Origin: Veleropilina oligotropha
Lineage: Eukaryota
DNA length: 64,000 bases
Direction: 5' to 3'
Assembly: GCA_048128005.1 (NCBI GenBank)
Contig: JBEUKZ010000092.1
Span: 62,001-126,000, forward strand
Below, piece after piece: positions 54,909 through 64,000 of this stretch. Position 1 is the first letter of the stretch, and each line of letters starts with the position of its first letter. The position numbers and the translations under genes were made by a program. Under the pieces are notes generated by a model. That model ran no database searches, had not been told where the DNA came from, and saw only the letters and a list, made by a program, of their open reading frames with translations.

Positions 54909-55119
54909 CTAAGCATAATTTGACATGAATTCACTTGATTGAGTTAAAGTGGAGGCTGCTGATTGGATAGTGTAAATGATGACGGCGTAATGACGTCGGA
55001 CTGCATCCCATCGTCCATCTTGATCGGGGTCGTCTGCTATCTCGAACATTTCGTCTACTAATCCTGGAAAGCTGGCGGAATCATACATATTAACACTGCT
55101 CGGAGCAAACAAGATGTGC
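54909..55119 (-). CDS. NAALADase-like gene B last exon
   Basis: HILFAPSSVNMYDSASFPGLVD...W..VRRHYAVIIYTIQSAASTL, TAG at 54909-54911. Confidence 0.92.
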
Positions 55120-56010
55120 CTTGAAATAGAAAAAATCATCCTTTATTAACATCCTGAATTGTAAGTAAATTTTCAACAACCTACTAAAAAGTTATTTTAT
55201 CTTTTGTTATGATCCGAGTTGGTGTGGATGTGAGGTGCGCACGCTGATTGTATTATTTTCAATTCGTTCTGTATATGGTACTGATTGGCGTGCGCCTAAA
55301 TAAAATAAAAATAGTAAAGATTGATTGTAAATGCGCTGCAGCATAATTGCATTCTCCGACGCAGGGGTTGGCAAAGACATTCTATTCAATCGTTTTTTTG
55401 TCTGTCTGTCTGTCGCGGCTATTTCTCGGAATCTATTTGCTCGATTTTCTTCAAAAGTTAACACAAGGCTAAGAACACCTGGAAATACCAAATATCATCC
55501 AAATTCGCAACGTCATTCGAATTTTATGATGTTATTTCCTGTTTTCGCGTCTTGCCGGCTTTTCTCACCAGGGCGAAGGTTTGTAAAATCGGATTGCCTT
55601 GTTAATGTACTGTTATTATACTATGTAACGATTTTACGACTTGATAAATTTCTAACAAACACGATTATAGCTCAATACTGCGATTGAAACACATTCCACA
55701 AATGATGACATATTATAGGAGACTGAAAATATCATGTAGATGTCTTTCTTGTAGAATCCTAACCTGCTGGTAAACGAGTACTGCTGAGGCAATTTTATGG
55801 ATTCCCGAAAGTTTTTGTATTATATCTAATGTAAAAAACAAGAATAATAGCAGAAAATGGGTAAATATACCACAAATCCAATTTCCATCACCTGTATGCC
55901 ATTTGTTTAATGAATGAAATAAAAACAGTACATGCGGAATCAACGGTACAGTGTTAGAATTCGTTCTTTAATCATTTTCGGATATGCAATGTTATTATAT
56001 ACAAACGTAC

Positions 56011-56102
56011 TTTACGAATGACCTGCTGGTAATCCCGCTGAATCGATAAATGCACGATCTAGTTGCATCATCTGGTCATTCACCATCCGAATAACAAAGG
56101 GG
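56011..56102 (-). CDS. NAALADase-like gene B penultimate exon (PFVIRMVNDQMMQLDRAFIDSAGLP; frameshifted)
   Basis: ttgcag acceptor, gtacgt donor; 92 nt where 93 are needed to keep phase. Confidence 0.85.
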
Positions 56103-56393
56103 CTGCAAGGTAAAGCACCGATATAATTTCAAATTAATGAAAGATATATATATTAAATTAAAACTAAACCTAATTACGTGTAAACAGTAATGACTATTTT
56201 GAGATGTCAAACATTCCTTGTTCGCTTATACTATACAGTTTTGAAAATGAATAACAAACGTAACTCGCCGACAAAGTAGCTATTCTAAGACTGAAGGGTC
56301 ATTTTAAAATGCTATTAAAGCCCGTCACACGCAAGCATCAATAATACATACATATTACCGTACAATAATAAACATTAAAGGCAAATGCATAGG

Positions 56394-56653
56394 GGGGGAG
56401 GACTGATGCTTAATGTCCTGTATATTTACAACATCGAGGTTCAAGGCAGGACATGTCCGTGTTATCGTGGGAGGAAACCCCGGTCGCCCGGGTAAACCAG
56501 CCCTCTTCGGCCAGTCACGGACAACTGTGATTCATAACTTGAACAAATTTCAATGCCTCAGCCAGCTATTGAACCCACTACTGTTCGCATTAGCGGAATC
56601 AAGCCAGCGAATTTAGAATGGACACTCTACCCAATGCGCTGCCGAAGTGGCCC
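56394..56653 (-). mobile_element. SINE family A, full length, in a gene B intron
   Basis: 13-bp TSD gcaaatgcatagg (56381-56393, 56654-56666). Confidence 0.88.
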
Positions 56654-56688
56654 GCAAATGCATAGGCAAAGTCGGAAGTTGTACAAAC

Positions 56689-56770
56689 TTTAATCTGTCT
56701 ATCGTTTTCAGTCGATTCTCAAATCCATGAGCTGCAGATGTAAAGTTGTCTACAGCAGACGTCAGCTGGT
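56689..56770 (-). CDS. NAALADase-like gene B exon (DQLTSAVDNFTSAAHGFENRL; TfR-like dimerisation domain)
   Basis: tcacag acceptor, gtttgt donor, 82 nt; homologous to GCPII DSLFSAVKNFT. Confidence 0.88.
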
Positions 56771-56844
56771 CTGTGAATAAAAATTGGAAAGTATGTTATT
56801 CACTGTCACCAGGAAACAACCATGATCGAACTAAATGAAAACGT

Positions 56845-57045
56845 TAAAAAAATTGAGGTTTAACGGCCGCGCCATCAGTATTTCCGTCATAAATCGGGTC
56901 AATCAACTTTGAATTACGAAATGAGTTGGTGTTTGGTGCAATGGAGTCAACGATCATGGTAAAAATCCCCGGCATTCCCGTAAATTAAACCATTGACGTT
57001 CCGTTAGTAGACCAGCACTGTATCCACTCGGCCATGCTGCCCTCA
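56845..57045 (-). mobile_element. SINE family B, diverged copy
   Basis: Reverse-complement similarity to 25287-25500. Confidence 0.7.
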
Positions 57046-57362
57046 GTTAATGATGAATATTTCATGCAACACCGTGCATTTTATTTGATATGTCCTTATT
57101 TTCGAGAGACGAACACCCGATCGCCCGTGAATGTCCCGCCCTTACTGGTCAGATATGGACAACTATGATTGTTAACCATAGAAAGAGTTCCTCGCTGAGG
57201 ATTCGAACAAACTTCTCTTGGATAGAGCAATCAAGGGAGACCACCAAGAGATCACGCTCTTGTCTGTTCGGATATCAGAGCGTTCTATTGTTACATGACT
57301 AATTAAATCATGTTCGTTACACTGTTTAAATTAAACGAATTTACAGTTTAATCAAAACTCAC

Positions 57363-57528
57363 CTAATTCTATGCCATTATTGGCCATCATTTCCCCGATT
57401 GACATGAACAGTGAATTCTTCTGCTTGTCTATTTCAGTAGCATATACATTTACCCCAAACTGAATAATTAGGTTATCAGAAAGTTGCCGCAACACCTCCA
57501 CTGTTGTCTGCGCTACTGCTTTATGTCT
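57363..57528 (-). CDS. NAALADase-like gene B exon (RHKAVAQTTVEVLRQLSDNLII...)
   Basis: tttcag acceptor, gtgagt donor, 166 nt open frame. Confidence 0.88.
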
Positions 57529-58052
57529 CTGAAAGTTAGTACCACCACGAAGGCTCGGGTTGGATTCGAACCCACACTTTTAATCAGAACAGTCCGTCAA
57601 GTGAATTGGGAGCCAACCAAACACGGTCTTTATCATGAAGATGACACTTTAACAGTCTCAACTGAATACTACAATACGATGAAATATGACAAATCATCGT
57701 CGGCGACTTACATGTGGTCTAATTATGCGGTTTCAATTTTGCTGGGAAAGTGGTGTAATGGAATCGACGACGGATCTATACTACCATATATTCATATGCT
57801 GTGTTTCACTGCGCATGTAGCGGCATTGATGCGTGGTACAGTTCGGATATAACAGTCTCGGTAGCAAAGACGAGCAACCGACATGTGTGGGGCGTTTTTC
57901 ATGTTACAGGTAACCTACCACCATCCACGAACGCGGAAAAATGAAAAATAAACACAATTATTTTAATAATGGCGCTTCGATCAGATTTTGCACATACCTT
58001 TCTACACAGTGTGCATATGAATTGATAAATAGTCTTGAACAATTTGTCTTAC

Positions 58053-58142
58053 CTTAAATCCTTGATCAATAATTTTGTCCACGGCAAAAAAGGTCTCGTA
58101 CACTGAGTTATATAACGGATATGAAGCAATATTTATAGTATT
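58053..58142 (-). CDS. NAALADase-like gene B exon (…SYPLYNSVYETFFAVDKIIDQGFK)
   Basis: ttatag acceptor, gtaag donor; matches YPLYHSVYET except His>Asn. Confidence 0.92.
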
Positions 58143-58833
58143 CTATAAGATAAAGATATATTACAAGGCATTATTATTAAATATGAAATATAATAAAATG
58201 ATGGTAGTAATATTTGATACAATTTGAAGTAGAATTTTGCAATTACGTTATGATGCATTTATTTTCCAACCATATACAATTTATAATCATAATTTCAATC
58301 TTACAATCACGAAATATACAAAGGGGCTATTGTCATAGATATACCTACACGCTAATCAGTATTATCGATTTCATTGATATGGCGCAACCATTTTTCAGGG
58401 AAAACGAAAATGTACATTAATTGCCGAGCAGAGATACATATTTAGACTTCAGCCAATGAGTTTGCTATCATTGAGGCTCGATATATATACCAGTAATCTT
58501 TGCATGACTGACACGATGAAAGAAGAGCCGAATGTACGTTATGACGAAATAATATTCGCTGAAAAAAGGCAAAACTAATTATATAGTACAGAAGTTGGTC
58601 GTTCGTATTAGTCGCCTTAATATAGACCTACACTAAATTACGCGTCATAATAATGGTTGCGGACATATCGTTTTACCGGAAGGACTTTACCAGCAAACGA
58701 ACACCAGACGTCTCTGCGAAAAGACAATGACAACAAAAACACACCGAAACGATAAAGTATTGAAACAAGCGCAGAAGAAGCCACATTTTAACGTAAACGA
58801 AAACTGTCATTTGTCATTTGTCAATAGACTTAC

Positions 58834-58924
58834 GGAATCGTAGGTATACCAGAACTCCACAACAGGAATTCCAATTTTTTCCATGAACGGTGCATGATCA
58901 CTTCCTGATCCGGGTATGATGATC
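58834..58924 (-). CDS. NAALADase-like gene B exon (IIIPGSGSDHAPFMEKIGIPVVEFWYTYDS)
   Basis: tttcag acceptor, gtaagt donor, 91 nt; GSGSD motif. Confidence 0.92.
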
Positions 58925-59397
58925 CTGAAAGGTTGCATATGTGATAAAATTTGTAACGAAGACTGTGGATATTACAAATCAAACGAAATGTGTGGTACGG
59001 AGCACAATATCAATGCATTAATACATACACATTCACCTCTGCCACTGGAAGTACAACAATATAGACACGAGTTCACGATGCACAAGCTAGTATATAATAT
59101 CATCTTTGCATGTTATGTAACTGTTTAAGCATTAAATAACACATTGCGACATAATCTGATATAGTGCATAACGTACCGAGCGTTATGATTATGTCAGGGA
59201 GGGGTTCCAATATATTAGCTGATATAAATATTAGAAAAGCCATTGTAATTTTCAAGGTTTAACTTCTTAAAACACACATGGAAAAGTCATAGCTGCTCCA
59301 ATAGGGCACTATGAGATCGACTCTTCCAGTCAAATTAATTTGTTAATATCAAGCTCATAGTATGTATGCATTCATGTACACGAAACAAAGTACATAC

Positions 59398-59498
59398 GAC
59401 GGCACATTTGCGTTCGTTGCATCTGGAAAATTGTGATACCACGTATCGTACACCGTGCTTCTTCCTGCTGCCACCTCGCTCTCATCGGGATTTGGAAT
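59398..59498 (-). CDS. NAALADase-like gene B exon (IPNPDESEVAAGRSTVYDTWYHNFPD...)
   Basis: Homologous to the GCPII SPDEGFEGKSLYESW region; gtatgt donor; acceptor reads ctctccacAT. Confidence 0.8.
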
Positions 59499-59898
59499 AT
59501 GTGGAGAGACCATCACTGCACTATACTTCACTGTACTATTATTTAAAAGTTCCATGTTATGTGAATGGAAGTTATAACTTGCCTGAATTGAGGAATGATT
59601 TTAGGATCAAGTGTATGTTTTATGATAGGTGAAGGGTCTGGATTTCGCAGATTGATTGATCTCGGGTACAACGAATCCTGAGTTGAACGGTTTGGGCTCC
59701 GGGTATGTTATCGATACATTTGCAAGCACTTAACTCCACCTCTTCATTTTATAATTCAGCTATCGCTCTTGATATTTAGAACTAGAAATAGTTTATGTTG
59801 TAACCAAATACCATTTTAATTTGCACATACATGTTTGTAGTAAGGCAAATGTTATATCCACATTAATCGCCGTTGATAATTTCACAACATGATCGACT

Positions 59899-62800
59899 AT
59901 ATAGAGGATCTCGTATGAGTGGTAATGTAATATCACATTTATGAAACGAGTTTAACTAATTTTCATATTTTCCGAGGCTTTGCTGAGGAAAATATGAAAA
60001 TTAGTTAAACGAGTTTCATAAATGTGATATTACATTACCACGAGTGTGAGGTTCTATTTATCACATATCGGTCTTTGGTAGGAAACAAACTACAAACTAA
60101 CGAAATTGCCTTACCGGTACGAAGAATCAGCTGTAGAGTGAAGGCGACATTACGGCGAAGTGACATGTAAACAGTTTAATGGAAAAGGACATCGTGTTGA
60201 CTCATTACATAATTTAGTAACAATGTCCTCTAAAAAGAGTGCGAAAGTAGTTGATTAATTGACATTAATAACTAACAAATATTCCTTGAAAATGAACCGA
60301 TATAACTTTATATAAACTATATGAACATATCAGAATAACAATTTTCATTAACATTTAAAACTCTGCCAAAAATGGTAACGCGGATATGTGTCGTCGACCG
60401 GTTTGAATCTGTCATTTGACGTCTGCTATCGCGGAGATTTTACGTACCTGCATAAATGTGATTGTTGCGTCTACAATGTCGTTACCTCGAAATCAATTCC
60501 AATAAGCTCGACCATATATTATAAATATTTTCACTATCGCCGTCATAATGTCAACATTAAAAATATTGGGGGCAATCACGTTATGACATTATAGTAAATA
60601 ATACGTAGTAAAAAAGTAATACGCTCGACCTTTAGTGACACGCATTTCTATTGGCTGTTCTAATTTCATTCATTAAATCATCCAATCACATTTCAAGCAG
60701 GCTTTATGACAGGCGTCTATTACGAAGAATAAGACACGGTGTTGCAATATGAGAAAATGACCTAGATATGTGATAAATAGAGGATCTCATATGAGTGGTA
60801 ATGTAATATCACATTAATGAAACGAGTTTAACTAATTTTCATATTTTCCAAGGCTTTGCCAAGGAAAATATGAAAATTAATTAAGCGAGTTTCATAAATA
60901 TGATATTACGTTACCACGAGTGTGGGGTTCTATATATCACATATTGCTCTTTGGTAGGGAACAAACTACAAACTCACGAAATTGCCTTACCGGTACGAAG
61001 AATCAGCAGTAGATTGAAGGTGACATTACGGCGTAGTGATATGTAAACAGTTTAATGCAAAAGGACATCGTGTTGACTCATTACATAAATTAGTAACAAT
61101 GCCGTCTAAAAAGAGTGCGAAAGTAGTTCATTAATTAAGTTAACTAACAAATATTCTTTAAAAATGAACCAATATAACTTTATATAAACTATATGAATGT
61201 ATTAGAATAACAATTTTCATTAAAGGCCCCATCACACCGCAGCTATGTCAATGAAGATCTCGCTGCGCCCATGAAAAAATGTCAGAACGCAGTGGGAACT
61301 CCTTGAACCTACCGAGGCCGCAGTGGGAACTTTTATTGGCGTGACATGGTATCCATGGTCTCCGGAGACCGATTTTCTGATACGTGGACTTTGGGCATGT
61401 TCAAAACCCAGGTAGCACGAACGCGATCTGAACATGACGTAGTATGGACCTTCGTATGACCTACTAACAGCGCCATTGGCGTAGAATAGACGTAGCGGAC
61501 ACGTCATACTGACCGTTAGAACGTAGCAGCAACTCTGTGACAAATCCTACTCTACAGAAGACTTCATGAAGTGAATGGTACGTTATTACTGCGCTGTACA
61601 AGTTCACGGCACGGCCAAGAAGTTTATATCACGCCCACAGAGCGTCCATACACCGACAGATCTACGTTATTATCACGTCCTTGCAAAATAGTATAATAGC
61701 AGTTCTGTCTACCCACTGGCATCAGTGGCGCGCATGTAGCATGAACTGGACAATTTTAGTTTTTCTTTGATTTTCTCGAAGACTACGAAGTTGTCGCGGA
61801 GTCCTAGAAATATTTTAGAACTCCAAGAACGCAGTGGGAACTTCGTTCGGTGTGAAGGGGATATTAGATTTAAAGCTATCTGCCAAAAACAGTAATGCAG
61901 GATATATGTGTCGCCGACCGGTTTGAATCTGTCATTTGACGTCTGCTATCGCGGAGCCACGTACCTTCATAAATGTGATTGCTGCGTCTGCAATCTCGTT
62001 ACCTCGAAATCAATTCCAATAATCTCTACCATGTTGTTGTTTTATGGCCGCTGTTATAAATGTTTCCACTATCGCCGCCATAATGTCAGCATTAAAAATA
62101 TTGGCGGCAATCACGTTATGACATTATAGTAAATAATACGTAGTAAAACAAAGAAGTGCGCTCGACCTTTAGTGACACGCATTTCTATTGGCTGTTCTAA
62201 TTTCATCCAATCGCATTTCAATATGGCTTTTGACACACGTGTATTACGTCGCATAATACACGGTGTTGCACTATGGGAAAATGACCAAGATATGTGATAA
62301 ATTAATAAATCACTGTATCACGTCTTAGTCGTTTTCCCATAGCCTAGTGCAACACAGTGTTTGATTCGTCGTAATAGACGTGTGATTATAAGCATAAAAG
62401 CCTTCTTGAAATGTAATTGGCTGATTACAAAGAGAACTATGAAAACGCAGATGATGAAACGTCATCCGAAACATTACCTTATATAGAAATGATTCTGAGC
62501 AAGCTCAATTCAAAACGTAATCGACGATATCGCGTCGCACATAGATGTTCGGATTACCATTGTAAATTATAAGCACAAATAGTATTCAATATTCTACTTT
62601 ATTTAGATAACATATACAGTTTTAACATTTTATCTTCACATATTTGCTTTTTAATCTTTAATATGTACTTCTACAAGCACGTAAACATTGTATTTCGTAA
62701 CAAATTTAACTATTTTTTGTACTCGTGAGTATGACGTCATTCCATGTACAATGCGCCGTAGTGTCACAGTCGCTACTTTCTGTAAATAGCGAAGTTGTGA

Positions 62801-62957
62801 CTTTTTTAATTAATTTTATCAAAAACAGACTTGATAAATAGAACATCTCACTCGTGGTAGAGTATTATCACATTTATGAAACTCGTTTAATTAATATTAG
62901 TTAAACTCGTTACATAAATGTGATATTACGCTACACTCGTGTAATATCTTCTATATA
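59899..62957. mobile_element. Cluster of three hairpin-bearing (Crypton-like) repeats: 59899-60777 and 60777-62301 in tandem, 62302-62957 inverted
   Basis: Each begins tagag(g/a)at, has a long subterminal palindrome and ends near atgtgataaa; copies 1 and 2 are highly similar. Confidence 0.75.
61223..61864. mobile_element. Harbinger-like MITE inserted into the second tandem copy
   Basis: Ends aggccccatcacacc/ggtgtgaagggg; absent from copy 1 at the ttcatta site. Confidence 0.7.
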
Positions 62958-63195
62958 CAAAATACATTCTGGTCAACATATTGCATTCAAACGAAGGGAT
63001 CGCACCAGTGGCAGAATGGGTTAATGCGTTCCTCTAAATTCACTATTACTGATTCCACAACAGCGCGTTCCGATTCTCTTCTAGATACATGGTCGGCGAT
63101 AATATAGTCATGTCATGGTATGGCCTGGAAGAAAGTTAAATGGGGCATCAAGCATCGATATTAACCAAATTAAGAGCACATAAACTGTAACGTAC

Positions 63196-63263
63196 CCTTG
63201 CTGTGGCATCATAAAGCATGTCGTTCATTAATGGTACACCGAAACTATTCAGAGAAAAGTTTC
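63196..63263 (-). CDS. NAALADase-like gene B exon (GNFSLNSFGVPLMNDMLYDATAR)
   Basis: ttacag acceptor, gtacg donor, 68 nt; homologous to GCPII GNYTLRVDCTPLM. Confidence 0.88.
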
Positions 63264-63754
63264 CTGTAATATATCAATTAATCTATTATCATTGTTGGCT
63301 ATTAAGTGTATGAACTAATTTGATGACGATACCAAAACCTACTAGTAGTCCATTGATCGACGACGGGAAATTAACCATTATATTTTGTACATGATATATA
63401 TAATAACTACATCTTCCTCAACGAATTATGTTACTCGTTGCTTAAATGCTTGAAATGCGTTTACAATATGACGGTTTAACTTTCTGAACGATGTATCGTA
63501 GGCTACTATTCACTATTTCATCATCAATTAAACTCTGTCTTAACTTAACACAAACTCAAGATTATCAACAGGCAAAATTGTTTTAAAAGAAGTGCAAAAA
63601 CGCGTCCAATGTACTTGCGATGTAATATATTTTCTCAGGCTCAGGAATAGGATCGTACTACGAAATTGAAATTGAATGAAGTACTGTATTTGGTATATGT
63701 CGAATTGAATACTAGCAGAACTTTCGTCAGCTTAATGCCAATAGTACAACTCAC

Positions 63755-63818
63755 CATCCACCGATTTATCAATATTTACGTAGGCTATAGCACGAGTATC
63801 CAAATTCTTGGCATATTC
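63755..63818 (-). CDS. NAALADase-like gene B exon (EYAKNLDTRAIAYVNIDKSVD)
   Basis: ttgtag acceptor, gtgagt donor, 64 nt; contains the Asp zinc ligand (AYxNxD). Confidence 0.9.
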
Positions 63819-64000
63819 CTACAAAAAATGCAGAGGGATCGATTAGTCGACGGTTATTAAATTTATACAATATCCATATACACACAAATCGATAATATAT
63901 TGCCTGAAATTGATGAATACATAGTACTATTTGTGGATCCAATAGACAAAACATTATCAATACTCTGTAATATTTAAACAGTGATATATTCATTGATCTC

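Larger units (their letters stand above)
54909..63818 (-). pseudogene. NAALADase-like gene B, 3' part (9 exons); probable pseudogene or null allele; 5' part lies beyond window end
   Basis: Exons 63755-63818, 63196-63263, 59398-59498, 58834-58924, 58053-58142, 57363-57528, 56689-56770, 56011-56102 and 54909-55119 follow GCPII order. Lesions at 59499 (acceptor), 58107-58109 (H>N) and ~56025 (frameshift). Confidence 0.75.

Noticed and set aside
59499..59530. Alternative AG acceptors rescuing the CAT site
   Set aside because: The nearest upstream AGs (17 and 22 nt away) are out of frame; the in-frame one 27 nt upstream lacks a pyrimidine tract. Not excluded without RNA data.
60388..62129. Duplicated ORFs MSxTGLNLSFDVCYRG…
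   Set aside because: Part of the tandem hairpin repeat; no recognisable protein features.

Overview
AT-rich, repeat-dense animal (invertebrate-type) nuclear DNA, not prokaryotic. It holds a tandem cluster of M28B-family metallopeptidase genes (glutamate carboxypeptidase II / NAALADase; FOLH1/NAALAD2/NAALADL1-like), all on the minus strand. Gene A has 9 coding exons from 14410 down to 373 and runs off the left edge; its zinc ligands and catalytic Glu look intact. A second, paralogous signal-anchor first exon at 33404-33645 has no downstream exons of its own and could splice in frame into gene A. Gene B contributes its last 9 exons (63818 to 54909) and carries three apparent lesions: a CAG>CAT acceptor, a zinc-ligand His>Asn change and a 1-nt frameshift with premature stop. 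The rest is mostly transposon-derived: tRNA-headed SINEs, CR1/L2, RTE, I-group and Gypsy remnants, Tc1-, Harbinger- and ISL2EU-like DNA elements, two multi-kb foldback elements, hairpin (Crypton-like) repeats and Penelope-type fragments with hammerhead ribozymes. A GC-rich decayed intronless ORF resembles a Polinton/viral family-B DNA polymerase. All calls come from manual reading and recalled family knowledge; no database search was run.
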